Positions 39,701 through 54,612 are shown, counted from the stretch's first letter. The stretch: 64,000 nucleotides of DNA from Ruditapes philippinarum (GCF_026571515.1 NW_026861766.1:1-64000), one strand, 5' to 3'. Program-made: numbers and translations. Notes: generated from the letters alone by a model not told the origin.

Positions 39701-42700
39701 TTTTTTTTAAGTAAAGATTACGGGAAATTAATTATTGACTATTTTTTGCGGAGCAAAAATGTAATCACCCAGATTTTTTTTTCATTCATACGTTTATTCA
39801 TAAAAAACGTTATAATTTAACGTTATCAATTAAAATTAAAAGAAAATCAAAACCAAAATATACTTCTGAACATTTAGAATATGACATACCTACTTTAATA
39901 TAAAATAAAATGCACATCGCAATGTCTTCACTAAAAGATAAATTTGTTGGAGTTAGTTCAATTGAGACGGAAGATACGTGAATTACTTTCGCTACGTTAC
40001 CCTAGATAATATCTCTTTATTTGTTTTGCTGTACATCTGTTTTTATGACACGCCATGCTGTGAGAGAAGGTTTTTGTTGCAGATTGTTGGCAACGATGTT
40101 GTATAATATGTATGTTATATATTCTATATGATGTATCTGATATAGAATTTTAGAATGTGCAGCATTGTGTTGTTGCATTGAATAAATACATTGAAAGAAA
40201 AGCTCCGCTCCAACGTAAAATTCCCTTCACAAAACTTTTTTATAGATAGTTTTGCGTTGTTTTTAAAACAAATGTTATAATAATTATGAAACTGCATCAA
40301 CTATAATATTTGTTTGTTTGTATTTTTAGTCGGACGTGTGGACATTGAACATTGAGTTTGTATTTGTGGGGTACAGTTTTATTTCTCATTTCTTTTCACA
40401 ATAATTATAAATCTATCATTGTTCGAAGTTATGCTGTTTCTAAAAATTACATTATTGACGGTTTTAGTAATAAGTATTCTGCGAGAGAAATTTTATAATG
40501 ATTTTTTTTCAACATTCTTAAATTCACAGAAAACATAAACTCTCAATGTATTATTAACAATTAAGATGACATCTAGCCATATATAAACTTTTAAAGGTCC
40601 TAACCGTGTGTACTTATTAATAATAAAGTGCAATAACATTCATAAAGCATATCTATACATAAAATAGTAGGGCAGCATTTATCCAGTAGTTCTCGACAAC
40701 ATTGCAAAGAGTTTTGTTGCTAGCTGTGATGTTTAATGGAATAAAAAAAAAACTATATGTTATACATGTATATTATGAAATATTTAGACGGGACATGGTA
40801 TTATTATTCAGCTTCTCGTGCCTGTTTCAACAACTTTAAAATTCAATCCGGTATACAGTTTTTATTAACCGTAAAGAATGTTTAGATTTGTAATATTTGT
40901 TATCCTTTTAAACGAATTAAGTTAACAACATGTGTATTTTATTTTTACAAATTTCAACATTTTTGTACTGATTACATAGATAGTGTTACAGCGTTGAAAT
41001 CTGAATCACCAGAGACCGTTGTAAATTCTTGCAATGATTTGAATGATTAGTTTAATGTAAAACATGGCCCACAAGGGAAAGTAACATCAGAGAAAGTTAT
41101 GTAATTAAGTTTTAAACAGTTTCATCGGAAAAGACTCTGTTGAAATTTACTAAATGATTTACTTCGCAGCCTCGCTATTAGTGATGCATAGTTAAATGGT
41201 ATAGTAGTAATCAATATAATATTCATCAGGAAAAAGGACATATTTATTTCTCTTTACACAAGATAGAATCATGTAAGTGGAACGTTTGCTTTAATTTACC
41301 TATCATGTTATACCATATACATGTATGTAAACAGAAGCGCCTATAACAGGAATAAATTATGAAAAATAAATATTTAACATTCGTCTTTCATAGATATATA
41401 GATCTTCTTTTATATACGAAAAGCTTAACATGCCTATATATCCCAAAATAAGATTATTTGCAAAATCGGTATTAGTTAATCAAGGATGTTTATATAGAGT
41501 GTTTCTATTTGAAATATTTCTACATGAATGCCATCATGAATATCACCAACTCACGTCTGCGTGACGACAAACTTGGTCACTATTTAACCGTTTCAAAAAA
41601 ATATCTGTCCCGAATATTTGCTTTTAAAAATAGATAAAATTGTTATTATGTTATACATATTGCATACTTTTTCTAATTAATATATATGGACATCCGCGAT
41701 TAACGTAAGAATCGTGTCCAAGATGAGTTCAACGTCAAACGGTGGCAGTCATTCTATTTTCTATTTTATTCTGTCTAACGTACATATTTTCTGTATATCA
41801 GACTAACGTATTATAGAAGCAACGTTTTTTTTTTGTTTACAGATGCAAGTTATACGCATAAGACCTTTTAGCACACAATCAATTTTAAAGAATTGCATTG
41901 TCAAATTTACGATTGTCCCACATATGAAAACATTCTTAAATGAATGGAATATGAAGATGCAAGAGTCTTAGTCCTATTACTTTTTGAACAACACTTTTAA
42001 AGCAACTTTATCATATCCATATATAATCTTATCATAACATGCACATACTTCTTTCAATGATAATGGGATCTTAAACGATTTGGAATTCCACTATTTATTT
42101 TACATATCAACAGAGAAATACCTACCAAAGGTTAACGGTCAGCAAAATCCAGATGTAAGCCATTAATCTACACAACAGATATGAGATATGATTATTTTTT
42201 ATACATACATTTTTCTGGTCATTTAGCACCATGTGGTCATAGAGAGCTTGCTCTGTTATCGGAGTTATTTCTTTTAACAGTCTTTGGATCGAATCGCAAA
42301 AGTATAAAAATGTATATGAATGTGAACCTTACTTCCATTAAAACCCTGCATCTCATTTACTTTGTTGTTTTTGAATAACTATTTTGTTGTTTTTGTTGTT
42401 CTTTTTTTGTGAAGTCTGTGAATTCATAAGCACTTGTTTTTTGCACGACTGGCGCATTTTTTTATTTGCAAGAGATTAGATAAATTGACGCTGGAATTAT
42501 GTTTAATTTTGAAACATGTTTGAAGAATACTTTTTCCCAAGGAACAGGGGGTAACGTTATGTATACTTAGGTATATATCGTTTTAGGAAAAAGTTTTCGT
42601 TTGATTTCTAGGCAAAAATACCAAAATAAGTAAATAAATAGTTAAACAGACAAAACCAAACCAACTTTTGAAAAATGATGGCCGTTCAGTCGTGAAAATT

Positions 42701-43149
42701 ACCAGTTTAAACCACGACAAATGAAAATAGAATACACAATGTACTAAGCTCAATCGGTTGAAATCTCGACATTGTGGGTTCGATTTCCGGGCTGGCCAGC
42801 TAAAACTGCTTATCAGTCTTTCGGATCGAGGTCCCGTGTATGGATGCTTAAACACTTGGCACGATAAAGAACCAGGAGAATTGGGGCATCTTTCTGTATC
42901 TGTAACTGCACTATCCTCCAAAATATAAAATGAATAATACTCTTCTGGAAGACTCGCCCATATGGGCAACCGGTGGCGAGTATAAATAAACGCAAACTCA
43001 CACACATTTGTCTAAGATTATCGAAAATACAATCATTGAGTGAAACCTATCCATACGATGCAATCAATTAAAATGTTGCTGTGTTCTTCATCGGTATAGA
43101 TTCTGAAAAAAAAATCAAGCAAAAGTTCTTAAAAATAAGCTTCAAAGTC

Positions 43150-43330
43150 CTATCTGCGGATGTTTCTAAATTCAAAATTTCAACAATATCATGTTTAAAT
43201 GTTTATTCCTGCTTAAGCCGGTGCTAAGGGGCGTGGACGGTAGCTTTCAATTTACAATCGAGCAATCAAAATTTTCAAGATTGCATTTTTGGGTTTTCTT
43301 TAGGAACATTTTTTGTTCTATCTGCGAGCG
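43150..43330 (+). repeat. Old dispersed repeat family (GCTTAAGCCGGTGCTA-GGGGCGTGG core)
   Basis: Aligns with 56357-56560 (ATCTGCGG.TGTTTCTAAATT.AAAATTTT...GCTTAAGCCGGTGCTA.GGGGCGTGGACGGTAG). Confidence 0.75.
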
Positions 43331-45582
43331 TTCTATGTAAGTATTTCCCTATGATCCTATGATTTTTTTGCTTATCATGTTAAACTAATAAAGATCAAAT
43401 ATACTGATAATGAAATGTTTAGTTATTTAGATGCTATCTCAATGGCCTATATACTTCGTGTTCATATGAATCAGAAAACATGATTTACAGGCGGACTTTT
43501 ATTTCAAATGAAGTGTTATATAAATTGAATGATATCTAGGAAGTTTTTTTACCTAATTGAAATAAAGTGTAATAAAGTGAAATACGTGACTTTATTTATA
43601 AGAATTTTTTTCTTTGGTTTTATATTGTTTTGATGGATGTTTTGATAAATCAGATGTAGAATGTATTTGAAACAAAACATCTTCAGATGATAATAATGAT
43701 AATCTAGAATAGACTATGATAAATAAATATTGCTGGATTATTTCAACTCAAGTCATATAAACCAGTCGAAGAAATGTAAGTGGCTTTAATAGTTGAATGA
43801 AATTTTTGATTACTGTTTACCTATGCATGATTGGTTAATTACTATTTTGATACAATTTAAATAAATCTGGAATATATAGTAGTAAAGATAACTTGGAAGC
43901 ACCAGTTTAATCAACAGCATTCGAATCTTCTGAATTGTTATTTCATAGTTGTAGTCTGAAGGACTCCGAAATTTTCACTGAGTCACTCTTGTTATATGCA
44001 TAAATGCATTATTTCTTTTTTTTTCATTTAATAAAGATCATCTTTTAACAGCAAAAGGTGTAATATTTGTACCTTTTTATTAGCATAATGATATTATGCT
44101 TTAAACAGACGTTCATTTTTTATCAATATATGTGTCTTTATTGATAAAAGGAACATTGTAATCCAATGGTCGCTTGCTCGATCCTTCGGCAAGGCTGAAT
44201 CTTATGGTCATTTGTCTCGTACATCTGGTATCATGTAGGATAAGTAGTAGGCTTCTTGCTGCGGAAAAAAATGTTGAATATGGCCAAAATGTGTGTTGAT
44301 GTCAAGTAAAAAAAAAGAACACATACAAAAACGTTTCATTACTTTGATTAACTGTTGAAGAGCATTGGCCCATTGGAATTAAGGGTGATACACTGACTGG
44401 TTTTCTGTGATACATGACTCATACAAGATTTACTAGCCAACGTAACGGAAGTTTCGATCACCGAAATAATTCACTTGAGAGCTTCAAAGCTTTAAACGTT
44501 AGTCAGATTATGAATCTCTTTGATAAAAGGTAGATATATGTCTGACTGTAACATGCGGAGACTTGCTGTCCAGAATTAATAAGCTTCTGTCAAAAATAAA
44601 GCTGAATAATCATAATTGATTGCCATAAGATATAAAATGAATACTTTGATATAAAGATTCTCAAATTATGCTCATGTATACAAAATTAAGAAATAAGTTC
44701 GTCAGTAAACGGAGGGAATCAGTATTGAATAATCTATAGTCTTTGCTTTAAAAACACATAAAAATCAAATGAGGAAAAAAAACAAACAAAACAAAACTAT
44801 CAAACAAAAGCCAGAAAAAACACAACAAAACAAACAACAACAACAAAAACAAACATCAAAAATACAAAGGCAATTTTAAATTTCGGGTTCCATTGCCGTT
44901 ATCCTTTCTTGTTATAAAACAGGATCAAATATTTCGCATTTATTTACATCATTATGCTTTTATAAATTCTGTATATTAAATTATCCTTTTTGATGTAAAA
45001 ATGTTCTGCATCCGTTTGATGTAAGGATACTCTGAAAACAGTATGTTACCTACTGATTGATTATATGGTGCATCTGTTTCTCCAGGAATGTGCAGAGTTC
45101 TGACCCTGTAATCTTGTATAAATTTATCAAACTTTCATGATTTTATGATATACACAAGTTTATGGAAGTCGATTATCCATCTTCTTTTTATTTCGTTTCC
45201 TCTTGCATAACCCGAACAACAACAATATTCGTACGCGCAACAACAAAGTTCAATGTCATTTACTTTAATCAAAACAAAACAACAACAACAAAACTTCCAA
45301 AAATACGTACAACGTAATCTTTTTCTCGAAAAACAACATTCCTTAGCCTTTGATGTGAAAATGATATTAATAAAATATAATATCATTTCTGTCCATTTCA
45401 TAAACAAACACGTCCGAAATTTTTCTTATAATTGGGTCAAAAGCGCGAAAATCCTTTATTTAATTTCTTTTATCATCAGCTTAATATTAAGTGTAGTGTG
45501 ACATTGACAGTGTGAGGGATAGGGCCAGAATCCAAATAGAAAAGTTTATGAATTAGTTTTTTGACTTTAATATAAAAAATAA

Positions 45583-45830
45583 GGGGCGTCCATCGTTGAG
45601 TGGTTAATGTCGGTCACTTAAAACAACGTAACCCTCACCTCTTTGTTCGAATCCTGCCAATGACTTTTGAATTTTTTGTGTGCAGGCGATTAAGCTAGCT
45701 TTCGGAACGTCGGTGCCCGTTCGTAACTAAAATAATGCATAAATGTCTTCTTCCAACAATTAAGGTAGAAAGTCGCCATACGAACATAACAATGTTGGTG
45801 CAACGTAAAACCCAACCAAAAAATAACAAA
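45583..45830 (+). mobile_element. tRNA-derived SINE (Meta-like core), copy 2
   Basis: GGGGCGTCCATCGTTGAGTGGTTAA A-box-like start, GTTCGAATCC B-box, core CGGAACGTCGGTGCCCGTTCG...TCTTCTTCCAAC...GAAAGTCGCCATA, A-rich tail. Confidence 0.82.
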
Positions 45831-47736
45831 TAATATAAAGGAATCAACTCATATTTAATAACCATCTTGTTTTGTGGTCATACATTTTTTTCATTTGAAA
45901 AGACAAAAGCCATATCAGTTAACAACCGTGAAAAAATTTACTTGCATTAAAAACGACAACATTTTATTTTTATTGCGGAATCTGTCCCAAAGTCAAGTTA
46001 AGTTATTACATTTATCTGCTGAAGATGCCGTGAAGTCATTGAAATACCTATTGGTTCAAAATGTAAATAGTAAGATGGGCTTAATAGAAAAGTCATAAAA
46101 CGGGGAAATCCCTCTACGTGCACAAATTAAACAATATGCAAAAGTGAAAATCGTAGACTGGTTTTAATCGAGTCTGTAAATTCTAGATAATGGATAGTAT
46201 AACATTTCTTACACTCCCTAAGCACCGGCTTAAGCAGTATTAAGAATTAAATACATATATTATTAAAATAATTTTTGGCTTGCGGTCAAGAAGTTGGCAG
46301 ACATTTTTAGCATCACTATTATGGTAATTATGTTTTCGTATGCCGCCTGACATACATTGTATAAACATGATCATGTTTTTATTTATGTTATTTCGAATCA
46401 AAAACACGTGAACATATTCCGCTAATGAGCATCAGAAGAAAAGCATATTTTTCAAACGCTTAATCAAACCAGAACATTATTTCTGTGCAAAATCCATATG
46501 GCAAGACAATTTTTATTTATGGAATTGAATCGATTATAAAACGAAAATACTGTTATTCTCGGAATATAATGTAAAAATTAGGCGTATTTTTCAGTTTTTT
46601 TTTGTAGTATCTATATATTACACAATATCGTAAGTGCTCTCATTCCAGTTAATATATTTGTAGAGAAACATTTAGCCCTAAAAGCATATGTCGGAAATAA
46701 ATCAATTAAAACATTGATTTTAACCATAAAATAATAAAACAAATAATGATTTAATAAGGAATTTTCTTTTAAATGTGCTGAAATAATATCTTGAAATTAG
46801 CAAGTATGTGTCATAACAATTTCTTCCTAAACAATGTGGATGGGGGAAAGGGGATGGGGTTGCATTTATGACTTGCCCACCAGACCAGCTTGCGCATCCC
46901 ATTTTCATTCAAATTTTGCCGCACACTTATTTCATCTTTTTAAATTTTACCTGTTCCAAAATCACAGCAATGCATTTCTATTTATACGTATAAGTTTAGA
47001 AATGTATAACTTGAAGACATTTCGATTATCAATTTCAAATTTTTATGTAGAGATTTATCGTTTCCAGTGCATACGATATTGATAATTTTATGTAAATGTC
47101 AAAGATTATTCTAAGGACACTAGGAATAATCTGACACATCTATTACACACATATAACATCCTATTATCACCTTTCAATTATCAATCAATTAACCAATCAT
47201 TCATGATCAGTTATCAAAGAGGAACGCAGTCTTTATTTCCGAATGATCCAGGTTTCATATTCAGTGTAAGAAATTGAAGCGTCAGTAATATTATTCTTGT
47301 CTTTCAGGCAATTCCTTATTGTAGTTACTTTATATGTAAATGAAAATGAAAGATCCATTTAAAATGAGTTTAACAATTCGACACAGTAAGACCAAGAAAG
47401 CGCCGAACTACGTATACACATATTATATTAAAAGTAAAATGCTGAATTTCTATAATTTTAACTTATAGTACGATATCATAATCATAAATAATATAGTGGT
47501 TTTGAGTTCGTGTAATTGAAATTTAGATTACTATACCGCCATCAATTACATTATCTAATACAGCGGAAGTTACAATTTCTACAATTGTACACATGACATC
47601 ATTTGGGCTTAAATGTTGGATAAAAAAATCGCTCCTCTTGAAGAACGGATAGCCGAATATTTTGATACAAGTTGATCATTGGTAACAGATTATTGTATCT
47701 ACATGTATACAACTACGGCTTTTCAACAATCCATAT

Positions 47737-47960
47737 GAGGTGGCATGGCCAAAGGATTTATGCATCTGACTAGTAATCTAAGGAATTTTAGCCGCCTAGG
47801 CTCAATTCCGTCAGGTCAGGGGCAGACTGGTGTTTCATAGTGCAAGAAACTTTACACTCATTACTCAGTACTGGTTAGTGACAGGAGGGGATTTGAAAGT
47901 GTGTCTATAAGCTTAAAGCTCCCAGCACAACCGAACTAGAATAAATTCTGCATAAACTAA
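47737..47960 (+). mobile_element. tRNA-derived CORE-type SINE (degenerate)
   Basis: tRNA-like head TGGCATGGCC...GGCTCAATTCC, then CORE-like GCAAGAAACTTTACACTCATTACTCAGTACTGGTT and tail ACAACCGAACTAGAATAAATT. Family recognised from memory. Confidence 0.65.
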
Positions 47961-50900
47961 GTGTTTTCGACCATTTTATCGTTTTATGGGGCTGGGCTAA
48001 ATTTTTAAGAATCGTCCTTCGAAAAACAGTATACGGCTCACAAATCAACAATAATAAGATATAAGTTTCCGACGAAAGGCCATTTCATTACAGGATTTTA
48101 TTACCCATAAAAACTGCGGATCTTATATAATTTATGAACCTTTTTGAACATTCTTTTGATATCTAAGCAATAAACATAGCTCCAAAGCAATCATCTTTTA
48201 CGCTTACAACTCATAATTTTCGTTTGTTTTTGTGGCTATGAACCTGACATTATTATGTTCAACAACATGATTATTTCTGAATGTAGTAGCTTATTTCTCG
48301 TGTACCTAGGTAATAGTTAATAAGCTTCAGAAATGGATCTGTAGTAAATTCCTTTCTTATCTTGCCGAATTATATCACATGTGTAACCAGTTAGAAACAA
48401 GTAATTAAGGAACTATTTTGTGTTTAAAGTTTTATATAGGAATATCATCAAGTGTATAATCAGAAGTTAATTGCATTTAATAAACACTGTTTACTTTACC
48501 TCGAAATTCCACTGAAGCAAGTTTCTATGTTATCAACGCACGTGTCTTGTTAAATTATCACGTGACCGCTTGGTTTTGGAACTTATTGGATACTAAATGA
48601 AAGACAAAAGCATGTAAGTCCAATACATTTCTGTATTGATATTTTTTTTGAAAATGAACTGTTCAAGTTTACTACAAAATGCTAAACAAATAACAAATGT
48701 ACCAAAAATATATCAAATGATATATCAAATAATTCAACTGAACTTTATGTAGGGTTATGACTATACATTTACTTGTATATAAACACATATTACAATTGAT
48801 TAAAATATACGAAAAATAATCTTATAGAGATACAAGGACCATTGTTATGGTTTACAATACATTCTCACACATATTACTTTTTCTATTTAATAATAACATT
48901 ACATGATTAGGTGTAAAATAAGTCTTTGTTGACAACATGTCTATATTTTACAGTAACTTAATGCAAAACTATTGAATGGTACAGTCACATATATATTTCA
49001 TAATTCTACCTTCAACAGAAATCGCAATTTTTTTAAAATGAAGATTTTACGAGACCACATTTTTAATAAAAAAACTGCAATAATGTTTGATATGGTTTGA
49101 TTAAAAAAATGTCGGGTCCATTTAATAGTTTGTTCCATTTCATTATTGAGAAGCAAATAAACATTGATAAGGGCAAAATAATAATGTGTTTCTGTGGTAA
49201 AAAACTACTATTGTTTTCACATTACGGTTTCTACTAACGTTTAAAGTGATATCAGCATTTAGATGTTGGTAATTTCAATTTAATTACATTCACCTGGGTC
49301 TAAGTAATGGACCTTTAATTGTATTGTATTCCGCTTTGTCTCTACGGATAAAAACATTTAAATGATGATCACCCTAACTTATACAATGTGTTATAACCTT
49401 TGCATGCAGTTAAGTTGTGGTTCAGTTAAAAGATTGAATTTGAAACTTCCTAGTTGATAATAATGAACGAGCAGGTCATATTTGATGAAAATACTGAAGC
49501 CTGTTTCATTATTATATCTACATTTCTTACATTAAAATGATAAAATTTAAGTCATAAAGATTAAAAGTATGTATAAAAGGAATGTCTATATAACTGCGTT
49601 ATTCTGGATAAAGTTCTGCCTCTTGCCTGGTTTTATATTAGATAACTTATAGCTTGAAATTCAATAAACAAGTTTTATTAACCGGAAAGATTGTTAAGTT
49701 TAATTTAATTTATGAAGTAACATCATACGTTCCATGGTTTCTACCAACAGTAATAAAGTAAAGTATTTGTGTTTATGATCTGCTATAAATAATTCTGAAT
49801 GAAAAACAAATGCCAAACCATTTAATAATATGATATTATATTATACCTGATGAAAAGTAATGTAATTACAATACTGAATCTTTATTTAATGTATCCGATT
49901 GAATATTTAAGTTAACGGCATTGATAATAACACATTTTAATTCATTATAAATATTCTTTTCGGGAATAAATAACAATAATTCCTCACCAAAATGTTACGT
50001 TCTTTTTATATTATCTTGGATCATGAGTATAAGAATAATTTTTGTGAACTACTTCGAACATAAACATAAAAAACACCAGGTTTGAATAATAATCTTATAG
50101 ATGTTATCATCAGGAGATAGCTTTCTGGAAAACACATTAAATCAAGAACTGTAACACAAAGAAGTGTTAATATAACAGCAAAAAATCATCGAACGAAAAT
50201 AAGAAAGGTAATTACATTTTGTAAGGCATTCGACCTGGATTGTTTTTATTCACGTACTTGAAGTTCTGTGCATTTCAAACATAATTAAGTTGTGCTTGCC
50301 TATGTTACAAATGTAGCATAATCATTGTATCATCTGGATTTCTAATAATTTGTCTCGGCGGTTTATTTATAAATTAAAAAAAATATTTTGTTATTGTTTT
50401 GTAAGCTCTGAAATGTTTGTTTGTATGTTTGCTAGAAGAAAGTGCACATCCTTCCTCATTAAAAGGTACTGAAGATTCTCTAAAAGATCACATTTTCAAT
50501 TTAGGCTTATTTCTGAGTGCATGGGAACACAGTTGGAGTTGACTTTGATGCTGTAAGAACGTTTGTATTCTACAGAAGCAGGTGTAAAATCATCGTTTGC
50601 AACACCTGTGTCTTTCTTTTAAAAAAACCCAACAAAACCATGCCATTTTAACCAGTGCGTACAATAGTTGCACATTGATGTTGGAGGTAATTTAGCTTAA
50701 AACAGAGTAAAAACACACCTTTTTATGGTTTGTTTATAGAACTTGGCCAGTGTAAAACATCCGTAAAAACTGGCATTTCTATATAGCTCTTATACACTAA
50801 AATTTAATCTTTTGGTGTAGATCTATAAGTCCTTTTGTGTTCACATCAGATAGTTCCTAATTCAAAGTGACACACGTCCGTTTGATATATACAATAAGCT

Positions 50901-51866
50901 TTTATTTGATATTTGAACGTGTTTATAAACAATTTTATATGATGTTTCATAGGAAATCACAGGTGTACTATTTACATCAATGCATTTATATACAGATATA
51001 TGACTGTTTATAAACAGTACCATAAATATGACTGCTCTATTGACCTTTTTCCGTCTAACTGTGCGGGTAAAAACTCATTTAAGACCATTCAAATGTCAAA
51101 ATAACCACATAAGGTTGAAACAATTGCAGAAAGGTCAAGGTAATTACACCAAGAAAGTCCAGCCGGTTCATTCTCGTTTGTCAGAGTGGATTTTTATTGT
51201 TTGCATCGGTTTTGGAAAACTGAATTGCATAAAGCATCCCCTTGAAAGTTGGCTCAGATGCTTTATTTAGAAGACATCAAATAAGATGAATCTTTAAGAT
51301 GACGTCATTCCGCTGTTATGAATAAAATTACATATTCCGAAATGTATGTTTTTGTTTTGTTTTATGAAAGTGAAATTTGTGTAAAATTAAAAAAAAATAA
51401 CTTGAAGAAAAGAGTTTGATTTTGAAGGATGAATGTATAAGGTATAGTCTTTAGCCGACCTTGATCTGTTGTTTAAAATCAGACTCAAATTTTATTCTGT
51501 TTTAAATGAGAGCGTTTGACTTTTAACATATGTTGGTGATTTACAAAAAAAGTTTCCTTATCTCAATTGTCAGTTTGTAGTGTCGAGTGGATGCAGAGAT
51601 AATGATACCTGGTTCTTCAAACGAGTAGCATCATTCTTTGTCTGTCATCAATGTAAAACAACTCTTGAAGGATGCATCCTGGTGAAACAGACATTTTAAT
51701 GTCAGTTCACCTTCGTTCAGAAATCATTTTCCGTGAAAACTCTGCAATAGACATGTCAAGGTTAACGAGCGTTCCTTTTTAAATACCACCCCGATCTTCT
51801 TTAAAGATTAGCGTCCCTTTTTTATTGGCGTAAGATAAACTTACAATATTATTATTTTCGTTCCAG

Positions 51867-51987
51867 GTCGTCTCTTGTAAAGCTTCTTTGTGGGCTTTAT
51901 GCTCTGATAATTGTGGTGCTTGGGATTGTATTTGCTACGGCAAATTCACTGACGTCACAGGAAAGGGTACACAGATATTACCTCGAG
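51867..51987 (+). CDS. otop: Otopetrin-family gene, exon 2 (TM1)
   Basis: Acceptor TTCGTTCCAG|G. Encodes SSLVKLLCGLYALIIVVLGIVFATA...YYLE. Donor GAG|GTGAGT, phase 0. Confidence 0.88.
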
Positions 51988-53403
51988 GTGAGTATGCTGT
52001 GTTATTTACAAGATTTCTATGACATGCTACATGTATGTTACGTGACCCACTTTCCTTTTAATTACATAGATACTATTAGACCTTTACAAGCACTAGGACA
52101 CTTATTACATCTACACCCATGGTTAATTGCACATTCAAGCGTTCGAGGCATTATCATTAGAATATATAATAATTCTTGAGGGTCATGTCATGCAAGCCTC
52201 AAATACACAAATTGTGAGTCAACTAGTCCAAAGTGATACGTGAATAACGTCCAGCAGTGTCTGTTGCTCCTAAATTGATAAACATAATTACATATTTCAA
52301 ATTATTAAGACCTCGAAGCGCATGTTTTCATACAAATTAAAAAATTTCTGCAGTGGACTGACCTTCTACCAACAACTCTTATTTTTTTTCCAGATATATA
52401 CATGTATTTCATTTACTTTTCTTTCAGACAATATAAATACGAGTAGATTATAAATATTATACATTTTACGATAGTATTTCGTAGAAAAAATCTGCAAAAA
52501 TCACCATTCCGTCATAAAGAATGTTGATCTGAGTATGGCACCATGTTAAAACATCTGCATCATGCCAATTAAGCAATAAATGGTTGTAGCAACATGTGTG
52601 TGGGCAAAACATATTGACTGTTTTATTACAGTAGATACTGTTTTTTGTATATACTTAAATGATTATTTGTTTAGACAATCCGGAATGTATGCTGTATTAT
52701 CATTCCAGGATAAATATCGTTATCTCATGTTTACCGTATAATTATTACAGAATAAAAGTATTATTGTCGTTTTGAATTTTACACAGTGTAGTCATTTTGC
52801 CGTATACAATTTAATTAGCTATATTTGATTGGGAAATTGAAAACCTTCACTTTAAAAAAAAAACAAAAAAAAAACTCAAATCGTAGTATTTGTTTTAAAT
52901 TAAAGTTTGAGCAAAATATCTTCTGAACGAACTTTGTAAGGATGTTCAACCGAGATGTAAATACAAAAAAAAACTTCGTAACCGAAATTACATAAAATAC
53001 TATTGTGGGTGTATGATATGAAATAACATGAGTAATCATATGATTCTTTTAAATTGATTAATAGTTATTACAGTAATGTTATCATTATTGTTTTTATGTT
53101 GTTGTTTTCTTTTTTTATTTATGCTATAAATACACTTTTTAACACTTATGATATTGATGCACTTTTTAACATTTAAAATTTCTATATCGCACAGCACTGC
53201 AGCAATTTATATATAGAAATCATCGTTCTAACCTTGAGTAATTCGTTCACGACCTTGATTATGTGTTTGCAAAAGTGACTCGCTACTAATTATCGTACTT
53301 TTACCTGGAAATATATATTCCAGATAGAGTTATTCATTTCATATGTCTCATGAATTATGGCAAGCAGGCAGCTCATGTCGATGTTATACTTATTATATTA
53401 CAG

Positions 53404-53579
53404 GTGTTCCTTGTATACCTGTATACTGGCTCACTTCTTGTACTGCTGTACTTCCAAGTGGTTCTCCTACGCGGGGTCAAGGTCAAAAACAGCTACTTTG
53501 AAACCAATGTAATTAAAGTGTCGATACGGCCAGATGGAAGCATACAGAAATCTCCAACAGCTACACCTACCCCACACAG
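53404..53579 (+). CDS. otop: Otopetrin-family gene, exon 3 (TM2)
   Basis: Acceptor TTACAG|GTG. Encodes VFLVYLYTGSLLVLLYFQ. Donor AG|GTAACA, phase 2. Confidence 0.88.
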
Positions 53580-53780
53580 GTAACAGTCTTACAGAACGCT
53601 AGATATATTTATACGATTAGAGATTGCCCGTTTTACATAGGACAAGTTCAAGCCGTCAAACTTTAAATGATCTCCAAGAGTTTCTTATAGAATATTTGTG
53701 TAAGTAATAAGTATTTGTGAAGATATCTATTTTATCTGATTTAATACAGGAAAACTGTTTAGGTTTATAAAAACTTATCA

Positions 53781-54029
53781 TGTTTTAATTGGGTTTTACG
53801 TCGCCCCAAGATAGAATAGGTCATATGGCGACTTTCTAGGTTTACTGTTGGAGGAAGATCTTCGGCTACCTCCGTGCAATATTTCAGACAATAACGGGCA
53901 CTTAAGTAGACCCACCGACGTTCAAGCTGTATAGCTTCCTTTCATGAAGGAATCCAAAGTCCCAGTCGGGAGGGGTTAGGGGCAATTAGTTTGACGTCAA
54001 CGACCTTAACCACTCGGGCACGGACGCTC
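53781..54029 (-). mobile_element. tRNA-derived SINE (Meta-like core), copy 3
   Basis: Homologous to 8501-8757 (ATAGGTCATATGGCGACTTTC...GGAGGAAGA...GTCAACGACCTTAACCACTC). Confidence 0.82.
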
Positions 54030-54101
54030 TTGAAACTCTTTGTTAAATACTTACACCTCGTTTGAGAGAGATTTCATTGCAAATAGTATTGCGTTTTCCA
54101 G

Positions 54102-54262
54102 GGCACACGAGATCATTGCTGATGATGCTTTACTGGAAAATGGGCGTGGTGCTGAAGAGATATCATTGGCTAGTCGCCACAGTCAGCTGGTCCTTCCGAT
54201 CGATGGTGGAGTGGCTCACGTTGGAGAGGGAATCAACTTTTACTTAAGACTTGGAGCTTTAG
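54102..54262 (+). CDS. otop: Otopetrin-family gene, exon 4
   Basis: Acceptor TTTCCAG|G. Ends HVGEGINFYLRLGAL (otopetrin FYLRxGA motif). Donor G|GTATTG, phase 1. Confidence 0.9.
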
Positions 54263-54451
54263 GTATTGTTGTTGGAAATAAGCATGAATGAAAATTGGAA
54301 TTACATGCAAATAATATATGAAATATTAAACATTTACTCATATTCTAATTATATAACGATCTACAAAATATATACAATATACCGTTTTTTGTGTTTCATG
54401 TAGCGGTACCAATGCATCTTTTTAGTTTTTTCCCAATTTGTTGTGTTTCAG

Positions 54452-54612
54452 CGTTTGCGTTTGGAAGTGTGACGTTGGATGGTCTGCATATTGCGTCATA
54501 TTTTGAGACACCTGATCAAAAGTCATGTGACAGTAACATCTTCATTTTGGTCTATGTCATGCACTTGCTTTTCACTTTCGTGCAGACGTATTTCCTCTTC
54601 AAAAATCATAAG
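54452..54612 (+). CDS. otop: Otopetrin-family gene, exon 5 (TM3-4)
   Basis: Acceptor TTTCAG|CG. Encodes AFAFGSVTLDG...HLLFTFVQTYFLFKNHK. Donor AAG|GTAATT, phase 0. Confidence 0.92.

Noticed and set aside
44160-44330. Possible further degenerate SINE
   Set aside because: Only a weak resemblance and no second copy in the window to confirm it.
45583-45660. tRNA gene
   Set aside because: No complete cloverleaf; it is the head of a SINE.
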